DNA of 64,000 nt from Nitrospinota bacterium (lineage in GTDB: Bacteria > Nitrospinota_A > UBA7883). Where the stretch lies: positions 35,172 to 99,171 of the forward strand of contig JAOUMU010000001.1 in assembly GCA_029881335.1 (NCBI GenBank). Direction: 5' to 3'. Shown here piece after piece: positions 54,677-64,000 of the stretch. Below the pieces are notes generated by a model. The model was not told where the DNA came from. It saw only the letters and a list, made by a program, of their open reading frames with translations, and made no database searches. Within the stretch, counting starts at the first letter, position 1; every line of letters starts with the position of its first letter. The translations under genes were made by a program, and so were the position numbers.

Positions 54677-55071
54677 CCGCCCTTCGCGAATCCGGAGACG
54701 GAGCGCACCAGGTCCGACAGCGACACTATCCCCACCAGCTTTCCCCCCTCCGTGACGATCAGCTTGGAGACTCCCAGTTTGACCATCATCGCGGCGGCGT
54801 AGCGGATATCCCATTCCGGCTCGGCGGAGTATGCTGGGCGGCTCATCACGTCGAAGACGTTGAGCATGGATATCTGCTCATCCTCGGCCAGCACCTTGCG
54901 GGCGATATCCGTGAAGGTGACGATGGCGTATGGATCGTGATCGTGCCTGGGGGGCGCCACGGCGGATTTCACCTTGCGCGCCAGCATCAGCTCCAGGGCC
55001 TCCATCAATGTGGCGGAACCTTCGATGGTCACCACATCGGTGATCATCATGTCCTTTACTCTTGTAACCAA
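54673..55071 (-). CDS. CBS-domain pair protein
   Basis: Two CBS repeats (MITDVVTIEGSATLMEALELM..., VFDVMSRPAYSAEPEWDIRYAAAMMVKLGVSKLIVTEGGKLVGIVSLSDL). Confidence 0.7.
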   Translation of the reverse strand: MVTRVKDMMITDVVTIEGSATLMEALELMLARKVKSAVAPPRHDHDPYAIVTFTDIARKVLAEDEQISMLNVFDVMSRPAYSAEPEWDIRYAAAMMVKLGVSKLIVTEGGKLVGIVSLSDLVRSVSGFAKGG

Positions 55072-55122
55072 ACCTTCCTCCCTTGCTTTCCTGAGCCTGT
55101 ATTCTATCAGGCTCAGGAACGG

Positions 55123-55467
55123 TTATAAATACTCCTCGGCTTCCTTTTTCAGCGTGGTCAGCTGGCTCTCCAGCCCCACCACAGACTCAATGGGCATCGA
55201 GAATGATATCCCGTTGCCTGGGTGTCGCATCTCCCCCGCGTCGTATATGGCTTTCATAATCTTCTGGCATGTCCTTTTTTCCACCAGGGTGATGAACGCC
55301 TCCTGGGGCTTGTCCAGGGTTAGCCCAAAGAATGTCTTCGCCTCATTGCTACCAGTGCCCCGCACGTGGATGATGGTGGCGCCGGTGGCGCCGGCAGCTT
55401 TCGCCGCGTCCACCACCTCCTCGGTTTTGTCCGCCGGGCAGATAGTGAATACCAGGTTGAATTTCAT
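55123..55467 (-). CDS. P-II-like (GlnB superfamily) small protein
   Basis: 114 aa. Its fold signature and its context, directly downstream of two DUF1538-type membrane proteins, fit the known P-II-like/DUF1538 association. Confidence 0.5.
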   Translation of the reverse strand: MKFNLVFTICPADKTEEVVDAAKAAGATGATIIHVRGTGSNEAKTFFGLTLDKPQEAFITLVEKRTCQKIMKAIYDAGEMRHPGNGISFSMPIESVVGLESQLTTLKKEAEEYL

Positions 55468-56201
55468 TTTCTATCTCCTCTCTTTCTATACATGATTATT
55501 GTTTTCATCGATACGGCGTAGCCTAGCACCGTGATCATGGGAAACACGGAGGCAAACGCGATCAGCCCGAATCCATCCACTAGCGGATCTCTGCCGGGAG
55601 TGTTGGCGGCCAAGCCAAGCCCCAGGGCGGCCACCAGCGGCACGGTGATGGTGGATGTGGTCACTCCGCCAGAGTCGTAGGCCAGGGGAACGATTTCCCT
55701 TGGCGCGAACCAGGTGAGAGTCAACGCCACGGCGTACCCGGCCATGATATAAACCCACAAAGGGGCGCCGGTGGATATGCGATGCACCCCCACCGATAGC
55801 CCTACAGCCACCCCCAGGGCCACGGCGTTGCGCAACCGGAAGCTTTTCAGTCCGCCGGATGAAACCTCCTCCGCCTTCTGTGTCACGGCCAAAAGCGCCG
55901 GTTCCGCCATGGTGGTGGCATAGCCGATGCAAAAGGCGAAGAGAATGGTCCATCCTTTGTGATCCGGGTGGGAGAACTTTTCCGCCATCGCCTCCCCTAT
56001 GGGGAATATTCCAATATCCAGGCCAATCATGAAAAGGTAGAGCCCCGCCACCAGAGCCAGGAAACCACCCGCTATCCGCCGGGCGTTGGGCAGACGGGCG
56101 CGCAGCACGGCGAACTGGAAAAAAAGCGCCACCAACAGCACCGGCGCCACATCCCGAAACACCGACAGCATATCCTTTATAATCACGCCATGTTCAGCCA
56201 T
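55464..56201 (-). CDS. polytopic membrane protein, DUF1538-like (paralogue B)
   Basis: 245 aa with about 7 TM helices. It is clearly paralogous to the upstream gene; shared motifs include [16 protein letters not shown] and GGVTTSTITVPLV. Confidence 0.5.
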   Translation of the reverse strand: MAEHGVIIKDMLSVFRDVAPVLLVALFFQFAVLRARLPNARRIAGGFLALVAGLYLFMIGLDIGIFPIGEAMAEKFSHPDHKGWTILFAFCIGYATTMAEPALLAVTQKAEEVSSGGLKSFRLRNAVALGVAVGLSVGVHRISTGAPLWVYIMAGYAVALTLTWFAPREIVPLAYDSGGVTTSTITVPLVAALGLGLAANTPGRDPLVDGFGLIAFASVFPMITVLGYAVSMKTIIMYRKRGDRK

Positions 56202-56893
56202 TACATCACCACAATTCCGTAAATCATGACGGTTACCATGGGAGTCATCGCCGCAAAGGCAACCAACCCGAATCCATCGATCAAAGGATTACGGCCGGAG
56301 ATGGAGCTCGCCAGCCCTACACCCAGGGCCGTGACCAGAGGCACGGTCACCGTTGATGTGGTCACCCCCCCGATATCATAGGCAAGACCGATTATCCTGG
56401 TTGGCGCCATCGAGGTCAACGCCATCACCACCACGTATCCGCCTATGAAGTAGTAATGAATCGGATGACCCAGGATTATCCGGATGCAGCCAAGAGCAAT
56501 CCCTATCGCCACTCCTCCGGCCACGGTGTTTCGCAGTGTAAACGCCTGCAAGCCCCCCCCGGTTATCTTCTCCGCTTTTTCCGCCACCACAATAAGGGCC
56601 GGCTCCGCCATGGTGGCCGTATATCCTATGGCCACCGCGAATGCCAGCAGCAGCTTTATATCCCCCTTTTTAGCGAAGGAGTATGCCAGAGACTCTCCCA
56701 GCGGGAAAAGCGCCATTTCCAGCCCGCGCATGAAGAGGAAGAGGCCGGTAATGACCAGGGCTATTCCCGCCAACATCCTGGGTGTGTTGGGAAAACTCTC
56801 CCCGATGACCACGAACTGGAAGAAGAAGATGACGGCGAGCAGCGGGGTCACGTCCATGACGGAGCGGAAGAATAGCTGGAAGAAATATTTCAT
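56201..56893 (-). CDS. polytopic membrane protein, DUF1538-like (paralogue A)
   Basis: 230 aa. Shares the motifs of paralogue B. Its stop overlaps the start of paralogue B. Confidence 0.5.
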   Translation of the reverse strand: MKYFFQLFFRSVMDVTPLLAVIFFFQFVVIGESFPNTPRMLAGIALVITGLFLFMRGLEMALFPLGESLAYSFAKKGDIKLLLAFAVAIGYTATMAEPALIVVAEKAEKITGGGLQAFTLRNTVAGGVAIGIALGCIRIILGHPIHYYFIGGYVVVMALTSMAPTRIIGLAYDIGGVTTSTVTVPLVTALGVGLASSISGRNPLIDGFGLVAFAAMTPMVTVMIYGIVVM

Positions 56894-56971
56894 ATTTTCC
56901 CTGGCGCATCTTATCGGTTAATCCCTGGGTCTCCTGATGGCGAACCCTTCTGCAGCGGGCAATTGAAATGT

Positions 56972-57048
56972 TGGTCGGGGCGAGAGGATTCGAACCTCCG
57001 GCCCTCTGCTCCCAAAGCAGATGCGCTACCAGGCTGCGCTACGCCCCG
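56972..57048 (-). tRNA. tRNA-Pro (UGG)
   Basis: The reverse complement is CGGGGCGTAGCGCAGCCTGGTAGCGCATCTGCTTTGGGAGCAGAGGGCCGGAGGTTCGAATCCTCTCGCCCCGACCA. It matches the bacterial tRNA-Pro pattern. Confidence 0.9.
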
Positions 57049-57139
57049 ACGATAATCAACCAACCCCACACTCTACACTTAACTAAGGTCAGATATCAAC
57101 TTTATCTTTGAAAGATATTGGCGCGGGATTCGCGCGCGC

Positions 57140-59026
57140 CTACTTGCGCAAGAAACCTCGGTAGAGATCGTCCCTGGAGATAGACAGAGCCACTGGCCGA
57201 CCATGAGGGCATGTGTATGGCAGACGACATTGGTCCAGCCTCCGGACCAGTGATTCCATCTCCCTGACATCCAGCCTCTCCCCCGCCATCACCGAAGCCC
57301 GGCACGCCATGGAGCTTATCACCGGCTCCAGCATCTCGTCGAACCCAGACCTCTCTTCCATCCCGGACGCCTTCTCCAGCGCGTCGAGAATCACCGCCGC
57401 ATGGTCCGCTCCGGCGATGAGCCTGGGGACGGCCCTGATGTTGAAATCATTGGAGCCGAACTCCTCCAGCGAGAAACCCAGCTTCTCCAGCCATCCCATG
57501 ATCCGGCGCAAAAGATCCGCCCGGGGCGCCGTAAGTTCCAATGGCAGTGGAAATAGAAGCTCCTGACTGTCCACCTTTCCCTCACGATACCTGACGCAAA
57601 GGGCCTCATAGTTGATCCTCTCGTGGGCGGTGTGCTGATCCACCAGGAATAGCCGCTCCCCAGCCTCCAGCAATATGAATGTCCTGAACACCTGCCCCAC
57701 CACCCGCGCGTTCTCAGGGATATCCAGCCCAGCCTCCAATGGCCGGGCCTCCTTCGCTATATCCTCGGGGGTGGAATGGCCCGCTTCCGCTCTGCCCGGA
57801 ATAACAAAAGGAACGCCTCCGTCCACGGCGCCCGCGCCAGAGTATGGAGCGCCCGGATATGGAGCCAATGGCGCCACGGTCTCCCGAAGATCCATGCGGC
57901 GCGGCGGAACATATGGCCCCGCCGAAGGAGCGAAGAAAGCCGCCGAATGGACAGACGGATTCCCGGAGGTTGTGGATCTCTCCTCCAGGGCCAGCGAAAG
58001 ACCACCCCGGACCAGGTTGATCACGGCGCTGTTATCTGTGAACCGGGCTTCCGATTTGGTGGGGCTCACGTTCACATCCACACCCTCCGGGGGAACTTCA
58101 ATATACAAAAAGAGATAGGGATGAATCCCCCTGGGCAGCAGGGAACGGTACGCCTCGTTGACGGCGTAAATGATAATCTTGTCGCGCATATATCGGCCGT
58201 TCACATAGACATATTGCATGTCCCGGGCGGCCCTTCCACCACCTGGGCGGGATATGAAACCTGTCACTTTCATGCCGTCAAAAGAGTGATCCACCCGAAT
58301 CAGCGGCGCCATGGCCTTCTCCCCGAACAGGGCGCTTATCCTCCCGGCCAGCCCATCCACCCCCGACGCCGCCGAGGGCACATCGAATATCCGCTTGCCG
58401 TCGCGGGTGAAGGTGAATCCCACCGCGGGCGCCCCCAGCGCCTGGCGCAATACCGACTCGTGGCAGTGACCAGCCTCCACGCTTTCACTTTTTAGAAATT
58501 TGCGGCGGGCCGGCACGTTATAGAAGAGGGAGTTGACTGTGATGGAAGTTCCCAACACCGGGGCGCAATCGCGAATCTGCTGCAGCTTCCCCCCTTCCAG
58601 AGCGATCTCCGTTCCCGCCTCGGCTCCTGCCGGGCTGGTGGCCAGGATCATGCGGCACACGGAGGCGATGGAAGGGATCGCCTCCCCGCGAAAGCCCATG
58701 GTGGCGATAGCGGCCAGGTCTTCATGACCGCGGATCTTGCTGGTGGCGTGCCTCTCCAGGCAGAGGAGGGAGTCGTCCCGGTTCATGCCGACTCCGTCGT
58801 CTATCACACCGATGGTGGATTTCCCCCCATTGCGGATGGAGACGCGAATATGGGAGGCTCCGGCGTCCACCGAGTTTTCGATCAGCTCCTTGATGATGGA
58901 GGCGGGCCGCTCCACCACTTCGCCGGCGGCGATCTGGTTAGCCACCTTCTCCGGAAGGACTCTGATCCTCCCCGGTGTGGTCTCTGCGTAGACGGTTTCC
59001 ATTATCTTACCTGGGTTGGCTATCAT
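57140..59026 (-). CDS. mutL: DNA mismatch repair protein MutL
   Basis: N-terminal GHKL ATPase motifs (VVERPASIIKELIENSVDAGA, GFRGEAL-like) and a C-terminal dimerisation domain. Confidence 0.85.
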   Translation of the reverse strand: MIANPGKIMETVYAETTPGRIRVLPEKVANQIAAGEVVERPASIIKELIENSVDAGASHIRVSIRNGGKSTIGVIDDGVGMNRDDSLLCLERHATSKIRGHEDLAAIATMGFRGEAIPSIASVCRMILATSPAGAEAGTEIALEGGKLQQIRDCAPVLGTSITVNSLFYNVPARRKFLKSESVEAGHCHESVLRQALGAPAVGFTFTRDGKRIFDVPSAASGVDGLAGRISALFGEKAMAPLIRVDHSFDGMKVTGFISRPGGGRAARDMQYVYVNGRYMRDKIIIYAVNEAYRSLLPRGIHPYLFLYIEVPPEGVDVNVSPTKSEARFTDNSAVINLVRGGLSLALEERSTTSGNPSVHSAAFFAPSAGPYVPPRRMDLRETVAPLAPYPGAPYSGAGAVDGGVPFVIPGRAEAGHSTPEDIAKEARPLEAGLDIPENARVVGQVFRTFILLEAGERLFLVDQHTAHERINYEALCVRYREGKVDSQELLFPLPLELTAPRADLLRRIMGWLEKLGFSLEEFGSNDFNIRAVPRLIAGADHAAVILDALEKASGMEERSGFDEMLEPVISSMACRASVMAGERLDVREMESLVRRLDQCRLPYTCPHGRPVALSISRDDLYRGFLRK

Positions 59027-59115
59027 TGTACGGGGGGAAAATGGGATGAGTCAATAGGGGGGAGGAAGGAGTGAATTGCGAAAGGCTGCCGCAAGGTTCT
59101 CCGCTGGCTCAATAC

Positions 59116-60000
59116 TCACCACACCCCGGGGATCAGTCGGCTCCTCACCCTTTCTGTGTATTCCTTGTACTCCTCCAGTTCATCCACCAGTGTCCTCTCC
59201 TCCAGCGATGTACGGACAACCAATAGCGCAGCGGTGATGACCGCTGGGATAAGCGCCCAGTATGAGCCGAGAGCCATCGGTGTTGCCAGGTTGAACAATA
59301 TCGCCCCGGCGTAGCCGGGGTGCCGCACGTATGAGTATGGCCCTCTATCCACCACCTTATGTCCTCGATCAGTCTGGATGCGCACCACGGTGGAAAAGAA
59401 CCGGTTCTCCAACATGGCCCAGTGGACGAAAGCGAAGCTGACAAGATAGACACAAAACCCGGCGCCGCTGAGCCCCATCGGGACCGGCGGCGGCCAGTGA
59501 TATCGCATCTCCACGGCGGAAGCCAGGAGCGTGGCAATCGGCCCCACTCCCGCCACCAGTGGGACCAGAACCCTGTCCCATGGCTTGATCTTCTCCTTGC
59601 CGAAGCCTTGCATCCGCTCAATGATCAGATCAGGGGCTCTCCTGACAAGGCTGCGTGTATGCGCTAGCATCAATACCATTACGAATGCCATATAGACCCA
59701 GGCGTTGGCCCAGTCCAGTCTTCCGGAGGCTCCGAGTAGAATGACAAGGAGGAAAATGAAGTATGCCGAAATCCGCAAGTATATGTTTCGCATGACTCCT
59801 GCCGGCAGACCTGGTTTCTCCTCCACCAGGGCGCATCCCCCGGTTTCGGCCATGGCAAGCTCCTCTTCGGTCAGTTCCTCCGGCGCCTGGTCCGGTTGCG
59901 GCTTGAGGGCGGTGAACATGGCGCCTTTTGTGATGGGGGAGCTGTTATAAACGGGTTGATCCTCCTGGGCTCCGGCCACAAAGCCCGCCGCCTTGATCAT
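59116..60000 (-). CDS. membrane methyltransferase of the isoprenylcysteine carboxyl methyltransferase/PEMT family
   Basis: Multi-TM protein with the C-terminal consensus VVDRGPYSYVRHPGYAG...EERTL. The start is uncertain; the track ORF has a long hydrophilic N-terminus. Confidence 0.6.
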   Translation of the reverse strand: MIKAAGFVAGAQEDQPVYNSSPITKGAMFTALKPQPDQAPEELTEEELAMAETGGCALVEEKPGLPAGVMRNIYLRISAYFIFLLVILLGASGRLDWANAWVYMAFVMVLMLAHTRSLVRRAPDLIIERMQGFGKEKIKPWDRVLVPLVAGVGPIATLLASAVEMRYHWPPPVPMGLSGAGFCVYLVSFAFVHWAMLENRFFSTVVRIQTDRGHKVVDRGPYSYVRHPGYAGAILFNLATPMALGSYWALIPAVITAALLVVRTSLEERTLVDELEEYKEYTERVRSRLIPGVW

Positions 60001-60036
60001 TGCCAGGAAAACCTTTCCCGGTATGGCGCCACCTTG

Positions 60037-60651
60037 TCAACGGCCCCAGTGGGCCGTCATGGTGTCCACATCGCGGGGGGATTCATCGCTCAGGATCTGA
60101 TCGGCTATGGCAAGCCTCCCCCCAGGCCGGAGCACGCGCCACGCCTCGGCCAGCGCCTTTTGCTTGTCCGGGACCAGGTTGAACACTCCATTGGAGATAA
60201 CGGTGTCGAAACACTGGTCCGGGAAGGGGAGCGATTCCGCGGAGGCGCGAGAGAAGCTCACGTTGGTGGCGCCGGATTTCCTTGCGTTGGCGGCTGCGAG
60301 GGCTATCATCTCTGGTGTCATGTCCACTCCGGCAGAGGCGCCCTCCGGCCCGGCCAGCCTTGCGGCCAGGATGGTATCCACTCCGGCGCCGCAGCCTATA
60401 TCCAGGATCTTGCCGCCGAGGGGCACTGGAGCGGAGGCGAACAGGTGGCTGACACCGCAGTAGGTGGCGGCCACATCGCCGGGCAGGGCGCTGGTGAGGG
60501 CTTTATCATAGCCCAGCCCATCCATGCCATCTTTGCCAGTTGGATAGCGAAACAGCTTTCTCCATGCCCCCCCGGCCACTTTTGCGTAGCGGGAGAGGAC
60601 GCTGCGGTTTATTTTGCCGATGTCTTGTGGAGTGAATTGAGTTCTGACCAT
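60037..60651 (-). CDS. class I SAM-dependent methyltransferase (Methyltransf_11/31-like)
   Basis: ILDIGCGAGVD motif I, a post-I acidic residue, and LRPGGRLAIAD. Confidence 0.7.
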   Translation of the reverse strand: MVRTQFTPQDIGKINRSVLSRYAKVAGGAWRKLFRYPTGKDGMDGLGYDKALTSALPGDVAATYCGVSHLFASAPVPLGGKILDIGCGAGVDTILAARLAGPEGASAGVDMTPEMIALAAANARKSGATNVSFSRASAESLPFPDQCFDTVISNGVFNLVPDKQKALAEAWRVLRPGGRLAIADQILSDESPRDVDTMTAHWGR

Positions 60652-60859
60652 GATTGTCCTTTATCGCCTCAGGGTATTGTCGCGCCAAAAAACCGGAATG
60701 TAAAGCCTGAGGCAACGCTGAAACAGCCCCTCTGGAGCCAGTTTGCCGGATCTTGAGTTCCCTGGGGATATCACCACTCCCGCCTTCTTGTGAATGCTCC
60801 ACCATGCATTGTCAATATTCACAACGCGCCTTACCCTTCTGGCGTCGGTGGCCGGTTAG

Positions 60860-61498
60860 CTACAAAAGCTTTCCCACCCTGTCGAAGCGGACTCCCAGCC
60901 CATTGCCGTTCCAGGACCAGTGAATGATGAACGCCTTGCCGTGAATGGAGCCTATATCCAGAACGCCCCATGCCCTTGAGTCCTGGCTATTGTTACGGTT
61001 ATCCCCCATCATGAACAGCTTCCCTTCCGGCACCTTGATCGCCTCGAATCCAGGCAGGCTCCCACGGCCATGCGGCCTTTCGTATATTGCGTACGGCTCC
61101 TCTATGGCTTTGCCGTTGATGTATATGGTGTCGCCTCTCATGGATATGGTCTCCCCAGGCAGACCGATCACCCTTTTCACGAAATCCTTGTCGGGCTCAT
61201 GCGGAGGGCGGAATACGATGATATCGCCGCGCTCCGGCGGCCACAGAAGATACACCATCTTGTTCACCAGCAGGTGATCCCCCACCATAAGAGTCTGAAC
61301 CATCGATTCCGAGGGGATCTTGAAGGGCTGGAACATGAATGTGCGGATGAAAAGGGCCAGCGCCAGGGCGATAGCCGCCGCCTTTGCCAGCTCCGCAACT
61401 CCGGATGCGGCGTGCTCTTCCTCCTGGGTCTCCTTGATCGCCACAGAGCCCTTTGCCGCCACGGCGACCTTCATGTCTCTATTTTCCATCTTCCTCAA
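60860..61498 (-). CDS. lepB: signal peptidase I
   Basis: SESMVQTLMVGDHLLV (catalytic Ser box), KRVIGLPGE, GDNRNNSQDSR. It lies immediately downstream of lepA. Confidence 0.8.
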   Translation of the reverse strand: MRKMENRDMKVAVAAKGSVAIKETQEEEHAASGVAELAKAAAIALALALFIRTFMFQPFKIPSESMVQTLMVGDHLLVNKMVYLLWPPERGDIIVFRPPHEPDKDFVKRVIGLPGETISMRGDTIYINGKAIEEPYAIYERPHGRGSLPGFEAIKVPEGKLFMMGDNRNNSQDSRAWGVLDIGSIHGKAFIIHWSWNGNGLGVRFDRVGKLL

Positions 61499-63292
61499 TC
61501 ACACGCTATCGGATTTTAGCATGGCTAAAAACGCTTCCTGGGGAATTTCCACTCTACCCACGTTTTTCATCCGTTTCTTGCCTTCCTTTTGTTTCTCCAG
61601 GAGCTTGCGCTTTCGCGTGATATCGCCGCCATAACATTTGGCCAGCACGTTCTTGCGCATCGCCTTCACGTCGGCCCGGCTGACGATTTTTCCGCCGATG
61701 GCAGCCTGCACCGCCACGTCGAACATCTGCCGGGGGATCAGCTTGCGCATCTTCTCCGTCAGTTCCCGGCCAAACTGATGGGCCTTATCCTTGTGCACTA
61801 TACAGGAGAGGGTATCCAGCGGCTCGCCATTCACCAGAAGATCCAGCTTCACAAGGTTCGCAGACCGATAGCCGTGATGCTCGTAATCCATGCTGGCGTA
61901 GCCCCGGGTCATGCTCTTGAGTTTGTCGAAAAAATCCATCACCACCTCGTTGAGCGGAGTCAGGAAGATGAACTTGACCCGCTTTGGCGATATGAACTCC
62001 ATGCTCACCTGCTCCCCGCGTCGCTCCCGCAACAGCGCCATCACCGCGCCAATGAACTCGTCCGGACAGATGATCGTCAACTCCATGAACGGCTCCTCGA
62101 TCATGCTTCGAAGGTTTGACTCCGGCAGCTTGGACGGATTGTCCACAATCATAACATCGCCGTTGTTCATGGTGACCCGATACGCCACGGAAGGCGCCGT
62201 GGAGATTAGCTCCAGGTTGAATTCCCGCTCCAGCCGCTCCCGGATGATACCCATATGCAGCAATCCCAAAAAGCCGCAGCGGAACCCGAATCCCAGCGCC
62301 ATGGAGGTCTCCGGCTGATACGCGAAGGATGAATCATTGAGCCTCAGCTTGGCCAACGCGTCGCGCAGCCTTTCGTAGTCGTCGCTATCCACCGGGTACA
62401 TGCCGGAGAACACCATAGGCTTGGCCTCGTCAAAACCGGGCAACGGCTCCTTGGCGCCACCTTTGGCCAGAGTGATGGTATCCCCCACCTTGGCGTCGGC
62501 GACTGTCCTGATGGCTGCGGTGATGTAACCCACCTCGCCGGCCTGAAGGTTTTTTACGTTGACAGCCTTTGGAGTGAACACCCCGGTCTTGTCGATCTCG
62601 TATTGGGCGCCGGTGGCCATGAACCTGATAGTGTCCTTCGGTTTCAACTCACCTTCCACCATCCGGGCCAGAATCACCACTCCCTGGTAGGTGTCGTACC
62701 AGGAGTCGAGCAGCAGCGCCTTGGGTGGAGTATTCAACAATCTTTGGGGCGGCGGGATCCGCTCCACCACAGCCTCCAGCACGGCTTCCATATTCAGACC
62801 GCTCTTGGCGGAGACCGCGATTATCTCCTCGGCGGGAAGGCCGATCACCTCTTCGATCTGCTTTGTCACCGCTTCCACATCGGCGGCGGGGAGATCCACC
62901 TTGTTGATCACCGGAATCATGACCAGATCGTTTTCCAGGGCCAAATTCACGTTGGCCAGGGTCTGCGCCTCGATCCCCTGGGTGGCGTCCACCACCAATA
63001 TCGCCCCCTCACAGGCGGCCAGCGACCGGGAGACCTCGTAGGTGAAATCCACATGGCCGGGGGTGTCTATAAGATTGAGCACATACTTTTTCCCATCCTT
63101 GGCCGTGTAGTTGAGCCGGGCGGTCTGCGCCTTGATAGTGATCCCGCGTTCCCGCTCGATATCCATGGAGTCGAGGGTCTGCTGTTTCATATCCCGGTCG
63201 CTGACGGCGCCGGTGAGCTGGAGCAGCCTATCGGCCAAGGTCGATTTCCCATGGTCGATGTGGGCTATGATGGAAAAATTTCGTATATCCAT
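61499..63292 (-). CDS. lepA: elongation factor 4 (LepA)
   Basis: [22 protein letters not shown]-domain motif, [13 protein letters not shown], and the LepA-specific C-terminal domain. Confidence 0.9.
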   Translation of the reverse strand: MDIRNFSIIAHIDHGKSTLADRLLQLTGAVSDRDMKQQTLDSMDIERERGITIKAQTARLNYTAKDGKKYVLNLIDTPGHVDFTYEVSRSLAACEGAILVVDATQGIEAQTLANVNLALENDLVMIPVINKVDLPAADVEAVTKQIEEVIGLPAEEIIAVSAKSGLNMEAVLEAVVERIPPPQRLLNTPPKALLLDSWYDTYQGVVILARMVEGELKPKDTIRFMATGAQYEIDKTGVFTPKAVNVKNLQAGEVGYITAAIRTVADAKVGDTITLAKGGAKEPLPGFDEAKPMVFSGMYPVDSDDYERLRDALAKLRLNDSSFAYQPETSMALGFGFRCGFLGLLHMGIIRERLEREFNLELISTAPSVAYRVTMNNGDVMIVDNPSKLPESNLRSMIEEPFMELTIICPDEFIGAVMALLRERRGEQVSMEFISPKRVKFIFLTPLNEVVMDFFDKLKSMTRGYASMDYEHHGYRSANLVKLDLLVNGEPLDTLSCIVHKDKAHQFGRELTEKMRKLIPRQMFDVAVQAAIGGKIVSRADVKAMRKNVLAKCYGGDITRKRKLLEKQKEGKKRMKNVGRVEIPQEAFLAMLKSDSV

Positions 63293-63484
63293 GACTTCAA
63301 TAATCTAAAACCTACTATGCTAACATTTCTGGCAGAGTTTTGGGAAATCATTCACAGCGTATACTTGTGCCCCAGTGATGTAAAATGGGGGTGCGCGTCG
63401 ATCCTGGGGATTCGGTAACGGCCCTGGACCACTCCCAGGGATCTGCGCAGGGGCGGATATCTTTGAAGCTAGGGGGAGAGCCAT

Positions 63485-64000
63485 ATGAAAGCTTTGATAG
63501 TGTTCGATGGAGGCAACGCGCCGGGATACTCCGCTGTGGCCACGTCGCTGACCGAGGAAGGGGACAAACGCGGCTATGAGGTGTGGGCCGCTTTCGAGGG
63601 ATTCCGCTCCCTCACCGGCGACCATCGGGACCATACGCGCCTGGTCCGCCTCTTAATGAGCCGACGCCAGGCATGGAAGCTGGCTTCCGAACAGCCCCAC
63701 CCCATCCACGCCATGTATCGCGCCATAGACCACCCCGGCTCCGAGTTCCGCTCCGAGCGCTACCCGGAATTCATTCAGCCTGGGAAACAGGCGGCGGCCG
63801 TCCAATTCATGCGGGAGAACGGATTCACACACCTGGTGGGGGTGGGGGGCAACGGCACCATGATGGGGATCAGGGCGCTGGCCGGGCAGGCCCCGGAGAT
63901 AAAGACCGGGTTTATCAACATATCGGTGGACAACGACATCCAGGGGGATATCGCCGTGGGGTACCTCACCGGCGCGGAGGAAGGCGCCAAGATCGCCCGG
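63485..64000 (+). CDS. 6-phosphofructokinase-like protein (second PFK paralogue), partial; the 3' end lies beyond the window
   Basis: ALIVFDGGNAPGYSAV, VGVGGNGTMMG and ISVDNDIQGD (GGxG and DND motifs typical of ATP-type PfkA). No stop occurs before position 64000. Confidence 0.6.
   Translation, partial: MKALIVFDGGNAPGYSAVATSLTEEGDKRGYEVWAAFEGFRSLTGDHRDHTRLVRLLMSRRQAWKLASEQPHPIHAMYRAIDHPGSEFRSERYPEFIQPGKQAAAVQFMRENGFTHLVGVGGNGTMMGIRALAGQAPEIKTGFINISVDNDIQGDIAVGYLTGAEEGAKIAR

Noticed and set aside
54452-54814. 120-aa version of the HMA/CopZ-like ORF
   Set aside because: The N-terminal 46 codons (Arg/Gly-rich) overlap the CBS gene. An internal ATG at 54676 gives a canonical 74-aa MxCxxC metallochaperone and an ATGA overlap with the CBS stop.

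Overview
GC-rich (about 60% by eye), gene-dense bacterial chromosomal window. I saw no transposase, integrase, CRISPR array or phage genes. Main content: (1) Minus-strand respiratory locus at 15.2-23.5 kb. It encodes a cytochrome bd-like polytopic membrane protein, then six mono- or di-haem c-type cytochromes (about 10 CxxCH motifs). After an internal terminator come a periplasmic NTF2-like protein, a fused cytochrome b6/subunit-IV protein with a C-terminal CxxCH, and a lipoprotein. No Rieske protein, CydB or haem-copper subunit is present. (2) Plus-strand operon at 24.5-30.4 kb. A sigma54 enhancer-binding response regulator and a cytoplasmic PAS histidine kinase bracket a B12-binding (DxHxxG) corrinoid protein and a 913-aa three-domain fusion: MtaA/CmuA-type methyltransferase, [2Fe-2S] ferredoxin, RACo-type ASKHA reductive activase. 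(3) Minus-strand periplasmic thiol-redox / haem or metal handling cluster at 30.7-36.2 kb. It has two TlpA-like thioredoxins, a CcdA/DsbD-like protein with a His-rich repeat tail, a CcmH-like CxCxC protein, an FGE/SUMF1 protein, a CX3CH protein and a membrane c-type cytochrome, preceded by a good -24/-12 sigma54 promoter. Also present: three secreted FGE/SUMF1 paralogues; a GldA/F/G-type ABC exporter operon extended with periplasmic proteins and a cytochrome c; two further two-component systems; a c-di-GMP block (GAF-HD-GYP, PAS-GGDEF-EAL); tRNA-Phe/Glu/Lys and tRNA-Pro; and housekeeping genes (PPi-type PFK, DUF72, tatC, pyrF, ABC-F, CBS/HMA/PII-like/DUF1538 module, mutL, lepB, lepA, a second PFK). 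Gene content resembles Nitrospirae/NC10/deltaproteobacterial genomes, but I cannot assign taxonomy from sequence alone. Many ORFs in the six-frame track are antisense artefacts of the high GC content and are not annotated.
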